The notes below the pieces were generated by a model. The model saw nothing but the letters and a program-made list of their open reading frames with translations, ran no database searches and was not told the DNA's origin. The translations under genes were made by a program, and so were the position numbers. Of a DNA stretch of 64,000 nucleotides, positions 51,026 to 63,872 are shown in pieces. The DNA lies in assembly GCA_038087875.1 (NCBI GenBank), contig CM075989.1, positions 6,448,001 to 6,512,000 on the forward strand, given 5' to 3'. Source of the stretch: Malacoraja senta. Taxonomy: Eukaryota. Positions within the stretch are counted from its first letter, which is position 1. Each line of letters starts with the position of its first letter.

Positions 51026-52736
51026 AAAATCATGACGAGAAATTCTAGAGGACCAAACAGTGTGGCTAAGTGCAATTCAGACCTGTGCATTCTCAGCAAC
51101 TGGAAAATCAGGCCAAGATGACTGGCCGAGTATTATATTTTGAGAAGCAGAAATCACACAAAATGCAGCACTTTTTCCTACTATAAATGTTGTGTCCCTA
51201 CTAAGATCAAGCCGATTATTGCAAGTACATTGCAGTGCCCTGCCATGTATTTGCGTCACACAACAGATGATGTACCGATAATTGAATCTGTGACTCACTG
51301 GTATTGCTAAATTTATTTGAAGGAAGTAGGAAAACATATCCTCCTAGGGTAGCACAATGGTAGAACAGGTTTGTAGGTTAATTGGCTTGGTTAAAAATAA
51401 TTGGTGTGTTTGTGTGTGGGAATCACTGGTCAGCGTGGATTCGGTGGGCTAGTTTATCACATTGTATCTCTAAGCTACACAAATGACTGCTCATTATGGA
51501 ACAAGATTTTAAATTAATTTTCTCTCCCAGCAAATATAAGTTATTGCATTTCATGCAGGGAAGCTTTTAGCAACATATTTACAGACAAATGGAAATGTCT
51601 TTAAATAGACCTGTGTGTGAAATAATTGTGCTAAAATGAATGCTGGAATAAAGATAACTTTGCCGAATGAGGAAGAAAGGCAGAGAAATGCCAGTTTACT
51701 GGTTATAACTTTTGATTATAACTATTGATTCCATAATGTCATAACATTATCTGATGATTATATTGGCATTTATTACTGTATGTTAGTTAATTTATCATCT
51801 TGCTCCTTTTTGCGCTATTACTGCTTTTCAGCAGCAAATGTTGCTGCTATTGTTTCATGGGCTTTACTGCACTTTGTATCTTACTTGGTGGCCAATCTTA
51901 ATGGAGACACAAGGAACTGCAGATACAGGAATCTTGAGTAAAATGTAAAGTGCTGGAGTAAACCAGCAGGTCAGGCAGCATCGCTGGATGGAATTAATGA
52001 CGGGTCCCAATCTGAATCGTCACCTATCTATGTCCTCCAGAGATACAGCCTGACCGGCTGAGTTGTTCCAGCACTCTGTGTTTTGGCCAATGTTAATGCA
52101 TGATCTCACTGTAGACAGGCTATTAAACGGTTGGTTGCACCCTGCCCAAATACCTTTTATGGTTATAGCTGTTTTGCAACTGATTTGGCAAATAGTTAAG
52201 GAACAACATTTTCCCTATCTCCCTAATGCATATCTGAAATAAGGAGTGCCACTCTGGGGCAATTACTCTTAAGAGTTCAATAGGTTAGCCTCTGCATGCA
52301 GTACAATATTGTCAGTCCTCAAATAGTTGGAGTGATCATCACTACTAAACCAAAATTTAACAGCTGCACATAAAATAGATTTTGCAATTTCCTTTCATGA
52401 TCCCCAGAAAACAAAGGTATCAGTAAAAAAAGAACACACTGAACAGTTGAATCAAGATCTCAAGTAGTCAAATATTGTCAATCCTAGGATTATGGGTTTT
52501 AAGCTACACATGGTTATCTGACACCATGGCAAATCACAGCAAACTTCTCCTCTGTCTGACATTTAAGTACAAATGTGCTCAGGTTATGAAAGAACTAAAA
52601 AGGGGCAACTTTAAATAAAGAGCTTTGGGTAATTCAAAAGACAACCAAACCGCTTTAGGAATGGAGTCAAATACAAAGCAGTTTAGGTATTTTATGTATA
52701 TTCTCCATTACACGTGCCACAACAACTTTTATCAAT

Positions 52737-52868
52737 GGTACACAAAAATGCTGGAGAAACTCAGCGGGTGCCTGTTTCCTTCGCTCCATAGATGCTGCTG
52801 CACCCGCTGAGTTTCTCCAGCATTTTTGTGTACCTTCGATTTTCCAGCATCTGCAGTTCCTTCTTTAA
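52737..52868. mobile_element. Fold-back Penelope-derived insertion (subfamily B, lacks hammerhead core), 13-bp TSD
   Basis: aacttttatcaat at 52724-52736 and 52869-52881. Confidence 0.85.
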
Positions 52869-53324
52869 AACTTTTATCAATAGCCTTGGTTTTAAAGTAA
52901 GGGATTAATGTCTCCTACTATTGAATTTTTAGGCAGCCATGTTCAATTGTGAATATTTCTAACCCCATGGCAGGAGTCTGGTCCAGGGTATCCAGAGGAT
53001 CCTAAATTTGTCTAATATAGCTGCTTTCTGCCACAATCACAACAAATTGCAATTTTAACTCTGCCAAAATTTATGACACAGACTATAAAAATATAAGTCC
53101 AATTAGACTGAATTGCTAGGAAATAAATCTGCACTCACATTTAACTTTAACAAAGAGCTCAGACAAACATGACAGATGCAAATAAATGCAATAGTCAATT
53201 AAAATACACAAACTATATCAAGTGTGGTTTGTTGTTGGCAGTCAGTCAAACCAATATACACCCATACTCTCTCATGATTGTGCTTCAAACACTAATGTAG
53301 AATAATGAGCACAAGGCAACTTAC

Positions 53325-53454
53325 CAGTGTGTCCCAACTTGGGTTTGCCTCTCGAGTCAACTTTGAAGACAAGCTGAATGGGCCTGCAGACCATGGTGCT
53401 GGCACAGACTGTTCCAAGGTACTGCATTAGGAGATCTCCAGTATTCTCTTCATG
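53325..53454 (-). CDS. CTC1: CTC1 penultimate coding exon (HEENTGDLLMQYLGTVCASTMVCRPIQLVFKVDSRGKPKLGHT)
   Basis: ttacag acceptor and gtaagt donor; 130 bp, phase 0 to 1. Matches human [24 protein letters not shown]. Confidence 0.92.
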
Positions 53455-56053
53455 CTGTAAATTAGGGAAACAAAGGTTAATTAAACTTGCAGTATGCAAT
53501 TTGTAGCAATCTCATTATTGTTTTAATATTCTGTTCATTCCTCAAGCATCTTGTTTGTAAAAGGAGGACCTGGTTATTATCCATTAATCATGGCCACATC
53601 CATTAGGTTCAAAGAGGGAACACCATACCATTTAATTCTATACAATAAATGTTGTTTGAAAAACATCAAACCTAATGTGCTATGGAACACACAGCTGGAG
53701 AGCAATGGAGGAAGAAAGGCAATGTGTGATTTGGTAGCACCTCCCTGTTTACAAGTTTGAAGGCTGTAAATTAAAGACTAAGCAAGGTAGAATACACCAT
53801 TTAATATATCTGAGGAAAGATAGATTGGATAGGTGATGAGATAATGGGACAAGATTGCAAAGCAAGGGTCTAGACAGGAAAGGTAGCACAACATGAAGTT
53901 TGGAACAAAGAGAGACAAACATTCATGAACTTTGACTACTTCAACACTGATGAGAATGAGCAAAAGAAGTTGTGTAATAACAAAACAGGCAATGGCAACG
54001 GGGCTGGAAATGGAGCTAGTCCTCATAACACAAACGTCCTGGTGCACAGTTCAAGCAGCACCAAAACACAAAAAACAAGCCAATATTAGGATTTAGGACT
54101 GAGAAACAAGAACTTCCATTTGTATCTGACCTTTTATGTAATCAAGGCATTCCTTGGTGCCTTTGATTTTATCAGCATAATTTGCTAAGATCACCAAAAG
54201 GCAACATATTACACAAAAGCTGAAATGTATTTTATGTGAAATTTTAATTTTTGATTTTTTAATGAATACGAGTACCGATACGAAATAGTGCAAGGGGAAG
54301 GTACTAAAACAAGAAAGCTGCAACACCCGTGTTAGTCCGACACAAGACCGTACCTAGATATAAAGGAAAAATATCCATAGTTCCACTAAAAAATCTGGGT
54401 ACATTGAGTGATTAAAAATTGAAGGAAAACATGTTCCATCACCATGATTAAAATAAATAAGTAGAGATTTAGACAAAGTGCTCAATATTAAGAATGAATG
54501 AAATGGAAGGTCAAGGGAAAAAGAAAGATGGCCAAAACAAGTGCATTAAAAATAGATAATGACAGCAAAACCATATCAGGACTGAGGTTTTGCTGAGAAT
54601 GTACATGTAAACTGATATATTCTGTTCCGAGAAATCATTCATTTACAGACCCACGGTGCAAGTTCTAAAGTTATTGGGATGATCATACCAAAACCTATAC
54701 CCAGATTAGCCTTAAACATTCAAGGAAGAGGATATCCTAATATTCGTTACTTTTCCTGAATTTACAAAGTAGAAAATAGTGGTTTTAGGTCAATGGGAGA
54801 ACAATTTGTAGAGCAAGCTGTGTTAAGATTGAATGGAAGTATCAAATGACTGATTTCCAAAATAAATATCCAATGGCATCAAAATGAGTCAATGGGAAGT
54901 TAATGCGCTTCACCATATTTTAATCCATTGTGCTTTCAAACTGTTTGCCTCTTAACACGTTATTTTTATCACTTACGTTTTAAATTTACTAATTTTCTTC
55001 CCTTAAATTCCAAGCCACACAGGTTACATTTTCAACCTCCAGAGTTGATGTTCCAAGTATTAACCAAAATAGTTACAAGTTATTGTAAAATAGTCCATCC
55101 ATTAGCAATGCAACTTTTGTTAATATCTCAATAGAAGTTTTCTACTTCACAATAAATTCCACCAATAAAAATGATTAAATGTGTTCTAACACAAAACTAT
55201 TGCTGAAACAAAAGATTGAAACCATTATCCCGACTTCGCCCAAATAAATGAGCATTGAAAGCAGGGACAACTCATATTTTTTGTCTTCGTAATTAGGAAG
55301 GGGAAGGTCAAGGATGGACAAGATTATGGGTTTTGATCTGATAAAGGATTTTCGATTTGAAAAGTTGGTTTTGTTTATCATTCCACTGATGTGAACTGAC
55401 CTGATCAGCATTTCCAGCCTTTTCTGTTTGTATTTTACATTCCAGAAGATTACGAGCTTCGCATGCAATATAGATATTGCATTCCAGATTTAATTGACAA
55501 CATTGTTACTTTTTGAAGGACATTACTGTGTGCAAAACGGCAGCCACATTATGGTGATTTTATATCATAACTTAACATGAGAGAATTTATTTCAACTGTG
55601 AATTAGAATGTAGGCTGTGTGCAATGTCAATTTTTTCCAAAACGTTTTTGAATTTTTGAAAAAGAACAAGAGCCCCAAAGAGCAACTTCCCCAAATAAAA
55701 GGCAGATAATTTCACCAAAAATCTGCAGGACAGCTACAAGCAAATTATACACATCACAATCAATCATACAGTTGCCATTAAGCTTGATTGAAGGGCAATT
55801 ATCAATCATTTGCAACAGGCTTCAAGTATGTGTGTGTGTATAGACACACACAGCCCGCCCCACCCACGATCCAAGTACAGGATGGTGCCTAAAACATAGC
55901 GAATCTTGTGTGCTAACACAGTGGGGTCTATTATCGTACACCACGCCTAATATATAGCAGGATTGTCACTGAATTGCATGCCCGAAAATAATTTCACTCT
56001 ACTTGGGTATACATGACAATAAAGTACCATTGATAAAATGACAAGCAACTCAC

Positions 56054-56219
56054 CAATTCGTGTCCACTGCGACCCTGGTACTGGAAAAACACATTTCCCC
56101 GCTGACGGACATGTTGCTGCAGTCCTTCCCACTCTGTGGAGCTGAGTTGCAACAAGTCTGCCACCTGTTTATCTTTACAGTGCACCCAAGCCTCTGCCGT
56201 ACCATCCTCCACAATAATC
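56054..56219 (-). CDS. CTC1: CTC1 coding exon (IIVEDGTAEAWVHCKDKQVADLLQLSSTEWEGLQQHVRQRGNVFFQYQGRSGHEL)
   Basis: ttgcag acceptor and gtgagt donor; 166 bp. VEDGTAEA is identical to human LLVEDGTAEAVVTC. Confidence 0.95.
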
Positions 56220-58630
56220 CTGCAACAAAACAGTTCTTAATATTAACCCAATCATCAGGACAAACACACCGTCCAATCTGATGCAAATCTATGCACTACG
56301 CCTACAACATGTGGTATAAATTGGACATTTACTCCCACAATTGCAATGGCTGTTAGCAACTGGAAAATAAAGCAAGTCATAGAGTGATACAGTGTGGAAA
56401 CAGGCCCTTGGGCCCAACTTGCCCACACTAGCCAACATGTCCCAGCTACACTAGTCCCACCTGCATGCATTTGGTCCATTTCCCTCCAAACCTGTCCTAT
56501 CTATGAACCCGTCTAACTGCTTCTTAAATGTTGGGATAGTCAACAGGTACTTTCTACATGATTTTGTTTGAACACTTCCAAGGTAAAATGAATTAAAGTA
56601 AAAGCTATTGGCAGAGTTTATAGATCAGTTTTATGTGGTATCAAGGACTGTACACTTACAAGTTAGCTTCAACAAGATTCAGGGCAGGGGCAAGAATGAG
56701 GACTTCAGCAGAGTTCCTGACAATAGTGAAAATTGTGACTATTCAAAGTCCCTTGTAGAGTCAAGAAATGACAATGCATGTGTCAGTCTCAAAGAATATC
56801 ATTGACGACTTACTATTGGAACAGCGTCAAGAGTGGGATTAGCAATCAAGATGGACAGATGGACTGCAAGGACTTAAGAGTCATATGGCATGGAAAGAGA
56901 CCCTTCGGCACAACTTGTCCAAGATGCCTCATCCAAGCTTGACCCATCTGCCAGAATTTGGCTCATAACCCTCTAAACCTTTCCGATCCATGTATCTTAT
57001 TCCATAATGTCTTAAGAGAAAAGAAGTGCTAGAGATTGGTAAAAGAAAGAGAACGAGGGAGACTTCTGAAGAGGATTTGGCAATTATAACCTTTACACTG
57101 TCTGGGGTGAAAGCACCTACTAATGTCAACAAACACGACTGATGAGCTCTTCAGTCATTCAGAAAAGCTGAGGAGGAAGTAGCTACCATAGAATTAAATT
57201 TGATGAATGATGTAATAATTATACGAAATAAATTAATGTTGCTGGTCAAAACTCTAAGTTAAATCAATAAAAACTAACACCAATGTACAATTCCAATGGG
57301 CCTCTTCATCAGTTTGCCTATTATTTTCCAGCAACATGCGTGCTGATACGCTCAGCAATACCCAACCAAACAAAAAATCCTTGCTTCAATACACTGCCTG
57401 TATAAAGCCAATTTGTATTACAAAATAAAGACGTTCTGTAGTGTTGCCAGTAAATGCAGAAGACAATGATGGTTTGTTGAAGGAAAGTGCAATGAAATAG
57501 CAACCATTCAGAAGCATTTCTGTGTATTTTCCATTTCAGCATCTTATTTTTGTATAGGGTCTCAATTATATGAATATGCATTCATTTTTTAAGTAATTGG
57601 TTTAAATACTTTCACTGTTCATCGCACTTTGTTTATTCTCTTCATTTAGCCACATCTATTGAACATGCACCATGACTTGCATCCCAAATCAAATGGAGAC
57701 AGTCGAAAAGCTGTTTTTTCAAATTTTTTATTAAGAAACGCAAGCTGTTGAGAACAACGAAGCGTAGAAAGTAAGGCAAAAGAACAATAAATCCAAAGAA
57801 ATCCTGAGTCACTGTTGTTGACATGGCTTTTACATCCTAAAAATCATTGGAGGGCGAAGATTGAAAGTCAGTGCTCCACGAGCCAGTCCAAAGTGCTCAA
57901 ATGAAGAGGGATAATGTCTTATGAGTGAAGATTGGAAGCAGCAATCACAAGTGCCGAGGGGTCCTCACTGAAGCAAGTGTCAGGGAAAATACTCTCTTTA
58001 TGAAAAGCAAACCTGGTAAAGAGCGTTGTCAAAAGGAGCAGGAAGGCATACAGGGTAAGAAAAGAAAACCACAGATATCAGAGAAGAAATGTAAATCTAT
58101 AGCTACAATATTTTGTACAGAGATTTTTGAGATAGACACAAAATAGATACGTGGAAAGGAACTGCAGATGCTGGTTAATGAAGTAGGATCCCGACCCAAA
58201 ACATCACCCATCCTTTTGCTCCAGAGGTGCTGCCTGACCCGCTGAGTTACTTTAGCACTTTGTCTATAAGCTGCAAAATATACATTGTTTTTCCAATCCA
58301 ACGTGTGGCAATGGAATTAATATTGTGAATATTTTTGTGGCATAAAACAGAGAGCCAGTCTGTCTAAACTTCATTTGTATGCGTGTTCCAATATTAGGCT
58401 TCCATTGCTGATGGAGTAAAACAATAATCACACTGAATTAATCTTCTGCGTTTGGTTACTTTACAATCATTCGAAAAGTGCTGTGTGTAAACTGTAGTGT
58501 TCGAAAGCAGAAAATTGTGCGCCCATTAATGCGTATTCCAGGTTTTGAAAGATAATGCTCAACAGCCACTGACGCAGAGTGAACTCATGGTGCTCATTTT
58601 AAAATCAGCTGCTAAATACTTGATGCTTAC

Positions 58631-58695
58631 TTTGTATTAGCATGAAATACACCGACTGCAGACGGGCAGGGTTCAGAACTTCTCGTACACCTTCC
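58631..58695 (-). CDS. CTC1: CTC1 coding exon (GRCTRSSEPCPSAVGVFHANT)
   Basis: gtttag acceptor and gtaagc donor; 65 bp. Matches human GKCTRLGSTCPTQTAISQA. Confidence 0.92.
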
Positions 58696-59094
58696 CTAAA
58701 CAAAGAAACCAAATGACAATTGGTTAATAAATGCATTAACTAGTGCACTTATTGATCAAATCATCGGTTGATTATCCCGACTCCCAATTTGAATTTTCAA
58801 TTTTAAATCCCCAGCCTATTATTTTTTAACATGTTTAAGAAGGAACTTCAGATGCTGGAAAATCTAAGGTAGACAAAAATGCTGGAGAAACTCAGCGGGT
58901 GCAGCAGCATCTATGGAGCGAAGGAAATAGGCAATGTTTCTGGCCAAAACCCTTCTTCACTCAGTCTACCTATTTTTTGTCTACCTATTATTTTTAACAT
59001 AATCCTTTGTCGTGGAAATATTTGTATTCATATGCTTTATGCTGTTGGAAATATCTCTAGGTAAAGTTACTTTTATTACCACACTGGTGTGATC

Positions 59095-59375
59095 AAAGAA
59101 TCATACAGCATGGAAACAGGCCCAATTTGTCCATGCCGACCAAGATGATCCATCTACAGTCCCACTTGCCCACGTTTGACCCACATCCCTCCAAACCTTT
59201 CCCATCCACATACCTGTCGAAATGACTTGCATGCTGTTACAGTACTTGCCTCAACTACCTCCTCTGGTAACTTGTTCCATCTTCCCACCACCCTCCGTAT
59301 GAAAAAGTTGCCCCTCGGGTTTCGATTAAATCTTTTCCTTCTCACGTTAAACCTATGTTCTCTAGTTCTTGATCA
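59095..59375 (-). mobile_element. CR1/HER1-type LINE 3' end (related copies at about 56375-56545 and 56880-57010)
   Basis: RFNRNPRGNFFIRRVVGRWNKLPEEVVEAST, the classic CR1 ORF2 C-terminus. Confidence 0.88.
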
Positions 59376-59662
59376 CTTGGAGGATCATATTCAAATATTC
59401 TAAATCTGCCTTTATGCTTCTATAAGAACCCCAAATTAACTTTGAATTTGGAGAATACTGGCATGGTTAAATCTGGTAATGAACTGAACAACATTGAAGG
59501 GAAACCTTCAAATGTGTTAAACATTTTAACTGAAGACCCTTTCTGTGTGAGTAAACTTGGCATTTATTTTTGGTTGAGAGCAATTGTGCATTTTCAACTT
59601 CAAATAGCGTCTGGTGTCCAAGCAATGTTCCTACCTATTCCAAAATAAAAACGAGAACAAAC

Positions 59663-59828
59663 CTGTTTATAAATACTCCTGCAACGACTGCACACCCACT
59701 GTAGTTTCATCCATTGAAGGTTAACCACATGGCAGCAAACAGTGCCCTGTCGGCAGCTCTCCTTCTCAGAGATTAAATCTCCAAGACAGACCAGGGGCCG
59801 GTCTGTAATCAGTGCACTTCTCGATGAA
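59663..59828 (-). CDS. CTC1: CTC1 coding exon with first zinc-ribbon Cys pair (..CCHVVNLQWMKLQWVCSRCRSIYKQ)
   Basis: ttccag acceptor and gtttgt donor; 166 bp. Matches human [25 protein letters not shown]. Confidence 0.93.
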
Positions 59829-59964
59829 CTGGAAGCAGATCAAGAAATAAAATCATTGGTTTAAGATAAAAATCAAACTAAACGTCATTAGCCCCGAAAT
59901 TCACCCAGTTACTTCCTCAAACATCATCACCAGTGCTGATTAATCACATTTTTTTCGACCATTT

Positions 59965-60165
59965 ATAAGTTTAGAGATACAGCTTGGAAACAGGTCTTTT
60001 GACCCACCAAATCCACACCGACCATCGATCACCCATTCGCACTAGGTCTATGCTACCCCACAGGGATACAGGGAAAACATGCAAACTCCATACAGACAGC
60101 ATCCGAGGTTAGAATCAAACCCGGGTCTCTGGCCCTGTGAGGAAGCAGCTCTACCGCTGAACCAC
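59965..60165 (-). mobile_element. HE1-like V-SINE, internally deleted
   Basis: Head and tail present. Confidence 0.75.
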
Positions 60166-60401
60166 TTCCTAAATCTGACTTTGCACTTAACTTATTTTCA
60201 ACCAGTTTATCATTAAAATGGCTTTTAATCTTTAGTCTCTGGCCGCAAGTTGAAAAGAATGTATAATATCATAAAAAGTTTTTTCTAAGAATTCTATATG
60301 CAGTATGTTACACTTTTAAAAGCAATAACTTAAATCTTCTCAAGTAGGAATGTTTTATAAAATAATTATTGGAGGAAGTAAAATAGCAAGGAAAAGTTGA
60401 C

Positions 60402-60625
60402 GAAAGGAACTGCAGATGCTGAGTTAAACCAAAGATAGACACAAAATGCTGGAGTAACTCAGCGGGGCAGGCAGCATCTCTGGAGAGAAGGAATAGGTGC
60501 CGTTTCGGGTCGAGACCTGTCCACCAGTCTGAAGAAGGGTCTCAACCTGAAATGTCACCCATTCCTTCTATCCAGAGATGCTGCCTGTCACGCTGAGTTA
60601 CTCCAGCATTTTGTGTCTATCTTCG
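60402..60625. mobile_element. Well-preserved fold-back Penelope-derived insertion, 13-bp TSD (1 mismatch)
   Basis: aggaa(a/t)agttgac at 60389-60401 and 60626-60638; arms of about 85 bp are near reverse complements. Confidence 0.9.
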
Positions 60626-60696
60626 AGGAATAGTTGACTATTGTTATGAACATTGAGCTTTCACACAAACTAAATAAAATGAAAAATCAAACCAAC

Positions 60697-60774
60697 CTTT
60701 TACCCTCCGACGAAGAAAACGCAAGGACTGAGACACTACTCGAAGGCACGAATTTGCAGTACACATTGTTGTGC
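60697..60774 (-). CDS. CTC1: CTC1 coding exon (HNNVYCKFVPSSSVSVLAFSSSEGK)
   Basis: tttcag acceptor and gttggt donor; 78 bp, phase 2 to 2. Matches human SHNVYCCFRSSTYVQVLSF. Confidence 0.9.
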
Positions 60775-62061
60775 CTGAAACACAATTTGAACAATTAAAC
60801 TGAGATGGTAATTTCATTGAAATATGTTTTTGCAATGTTAGTCTGAACTAAGTTAAGGTGACTCAGACTTGACAATTGGATTTGATATCAGTCTTTTAAA
60901 AGTATAGTTGGATACAGAAGGCAGGATGGTATGCATCAACATTCAAAGAAAAAATATTTCTCAATAATAAAGCAGAAGATACCAGAAACATTCAGTGAGT
61001 CGGTCACCTATGAAGAAATGAACAGTCGGTAAACAAAATTAATCTGAAGTCTGAGTCTGAAGAAGGGTCTCGACCCCTGAAACATCATCTATTCCTTCTA
61101 TCCAGAGCTGCTACCTATCCCGCTGAGTTTACTCCAGTATTTTATGTCTATCTTCAGAGTAAACCAGCATCTGCAGTTCCTTCCTACACGTTAATCTACC
61201 CTACCTTTCCCATGCCACTGACTCAAAAATGTTTTCAATATTCTATGTCGAACCTGCAACTATTTTGTTTTAGTGTTCCTTTTAATTCATAGAGAAAGGC
61301 CCCTGGAGGGATGTATGAAGCACCTCTCAAAACCGGATTCCCTTCGAATTTATAAAATTAAAACCATGACATTCTGGCAACAGGCACAATTCCCATGTGA
61401 AATTAATCTGGATTGAGTGTGAGACTAATTACTTCAGTAAAAAATTTAAATTATGAATCTGACAAAGGTTAACTGAAATATTGTCTAAATGGTCAAACGT
61501 TAGGATTCAATGGAGTTGTTTGGCAACACAAATCCAATAACCACTTGACCTTACAGATTGGTACAAAATGGTCAACACAAATGAAATGTCAGCTTTTCAT
61601 CTCAATGGGTCGGCATTACATAAACGTGGCAAGGATTCGGTATAGATCCATGAAAAAATGAATTCTATTGTGAGCACTGTACCGCACAGGGAACATGGGG
61701 GACGTAGAACACATTCTCCAAATTTATACTGGAGCTAACAGGGTTAAATGATGAAGACTGGTGGCATCAATTTGGGTTGCATCCTCGTGTAAATAAGTTA
61801 ATAAATGATTTCATTCAGGTATTTGAGATGGTATAGTCAACAAATGGTAATTAGTGTCCAAGGCAAATAACCATGCAAGATGATACTCAATCTTAAAATT
61901 TGGGCTGAAGCCACATAACTACATTTGTCTTCATAGGCGATTGGAAATCAAGAGTTACCTTGCAAAACTGATGGGATAATTACCATACTTATGATTGGTT
62001 AATAAAGTGAAAGTAAGAATGTCATGGGAGGTGGAGCTGTGATATGTATGGTATGGGTGAC

Positions 62062-62347
62062 AGGGTGGTGCAGTGGGGGAGTTGCTGCCTTACAACACCA
62101 GAGACCTGGGATCGATCCTGACCATGGGTGCTGTCTGTACGGAGTTTTACGTTCTCCCCGTGACAGCATGGGGTTTCCCCAGGAGCTCCAGTTTCCACCC
62201 ACATTCCAAAGATGTATAGATTTGCAAGTTAATTGGCTTGGTAAAATTGTCCCTAGTGTCTGTAGGATAATCTTAGTGTGTATGGGGGTCGCTGGTCGGA
62301 ACTCGGTGGGCCAAAAGGCCTGTTTTCATGCTACGTGTCTAAACTAA
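62062..62347 (+). mobile_element. HE1-like V-SINE
   Basis: Head, core and tail. Confidence 0.88.
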
Positions 62348-62423
62348 AGTCAACCGACCAACAGTACAAGAGTAACAAAGCAGACTCAAAAGGCTACTTT
62401 TTGTTCCTCAATAGAAAACTAAC

Positions 62424-62589
62424 CTGGATGTAATTCTCTCTAAATCATAGAATGCCACAATGGTTCCAGGCAAGATCCCAATGGTATAGGTTAATTGCGA
62501 GAGGTCGACATAGACATCCAAGGCTATGGTTCTATTCTGAACATGACCAATGGTGAACTTCAGACCCCAGTCACCAGGAACCAATACAC
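62424..62589 (-). CDS. CTC1: CTC1 coding exon (GVLVPGDWGLKFTIGHVQNRTIALDVYVDLSQLTYTIGILPGTIVAFYDLERITS)
   Basis: gacag acceptor and gttagt donor; 166 bp. LDVY..GILPG..LER matches human HLDVYIED..GLLPGARVHFSQLEKRVSR. Confidence 0.93.
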
Positions 62590-63179
62590 CTGTCGACAAG
62601 CAAGGGGCAAGGAATGTTAAATAAAACAAAACACACTCACCAGGGAGAACTTAACCTTATTCAACTTGTGCCCAGACAAACATCAAGAGAGCACAAAAAA
62701 GTTAAATTGTCCACCCAAAAAGAACTCTTTCTGAAGAAGGGTCCTGGCTGACAAAACCTCACCTATCTATGTTCTCCAGGGTTGCTGTCTAATTCACTGA
62801 GTTACTCCACCACTTAGCGACAAAAAAAAAAACTATCCTTAACCTTTTCATTTGCGGAAATCAGCACATTTTCTCATTTCACAAATGAGAAAGCACTAGA
62901 ACTGCTTCAAGGTCGAGTCTTCAAAGTCTGAGGAAGGGTCTCGACCTGAAACGTCACCTATTCCTTTTCACCAGAGATGCTGTCTGAACCGCTGAGTTAC
63001 TCCAGCTTTTTCTGTCTGCTTCAGAGCATCTTCCATGGTCAACCTTATTTGTGAGTGAGATAAGAAATTCTGGCAAAACTCTGCAGCCTGCTATTATCCA
63101 ACATTGCTATAATATTACAGCATTTGACTCAGGGCACTAATTTCAGAAATACAGGCAATGTTTATTACCATACTCTTAC

Positions 63180-63289
63180 CTTTTGCATTGATATCAGTAA
63201 TAAAAGATGGAAAGTTGGGCCTTCTTTTGGATTCAGAGCACATTCTTTCCAATATAATTCCCGTGAAAGAGACAAGCGATGCTGAGAAA
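63180..63289 (-). CDS. CTC1: CTC1 coding exon (FSASLVSFTGIILERMCSESKRRPNFPSFITDINAK)
   Basis: taccag acceptor and gtaaga donor; 110 bp, phase 2 to 1. Resembles human DSLVSFSAEILSR. Confidence 0.88.
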
Positions 63290-63777
63290 CTGGTAGATAA
63301 TCCAAATATAAGACTCCAATTGAGGACATCACAAAATGTGCTTTCCTAAAACAAAGCCAAATTTCTCCTTTTTTGGATTTTACAATGTCAGAATTAATCT
63401 AAAGTATTTGTCTTTTAAACTTGGAAAAAATAAGTTCAAAGAGAAATATGGTGAACAGCATCATTTAATGACGGAAATGTCTAATGCCTAAACACTTCAT
63501 AGGATTCCCACCATTTGATGCCCAGTGTTCCTACTAAAAGCACACACAGTGAAAGCATGGTATTGAGCTCAAACACACACAAAAAAAAAGGTGCATAATC
63601 CAAAACCTTTATTTTACGTAGTTTGAGCTTGCAATTGCAAAATGGCCATTTGGATTCTGAAATACACTACAGTTGAAAGGACCATAAACGAGACATTGTA
63701 AATCAGGAGATGGAGGATAGAAAAATAATCGAAAGAGCAGGGAAAGGGGTATTTTCCATTTTCATTTATACGCTTAC

Positions 63778-63872
63778 CTGCCAGAGAGTACGTCTTGAAC
63801 AGTTCTTGGATGAGGAATTTCTGATGCCAATTTTTCAAAGTAAGCAAATATATTTGTTTGTTTTTTGGAAAG
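63778..63872 (-). CDS. CTC1: CTC1 internal coding exon (LSKKQTNIFAYFEKLASEIPHPRTVQDVLSG), phase 0 to 2
   Basis: ttgcag acceptor and gtaagc donor. Joins the next exon in frame to give QDVLSGSFSASLVSF, resembling human CTC1 TDLLSDNFTDSLVSF (recalled). Confidence 0.75.

Noticed and set aside
50617..51121. Long ORFs spanning the N run
   Set aside because: Artefacts of the assembly gap.
56250..56320. Possible extra CTC1 exon (IGRCVCPDD) upstream of the VEDGTAEA exon
   Set aside because: The 65-bp exon at 58631-58695 fits homology, phase and splice sites; this segment lacks a good donor.
57139..57185. Isolated CTGATGAG as a canonical hammerhead (also at 44371 and 15244)
   Set aside because: No convincing stem II followed by GAAA and NUH with supporting stems.
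6112..63020. CRISPR-like or integron-like repeat array suggested by recurring palindromic repeats
   Set aside because: Copies are dispersed, variably truncated, in both orientations and TSD-flanked in a vertebrate genome; no regular spacers or associated genes.
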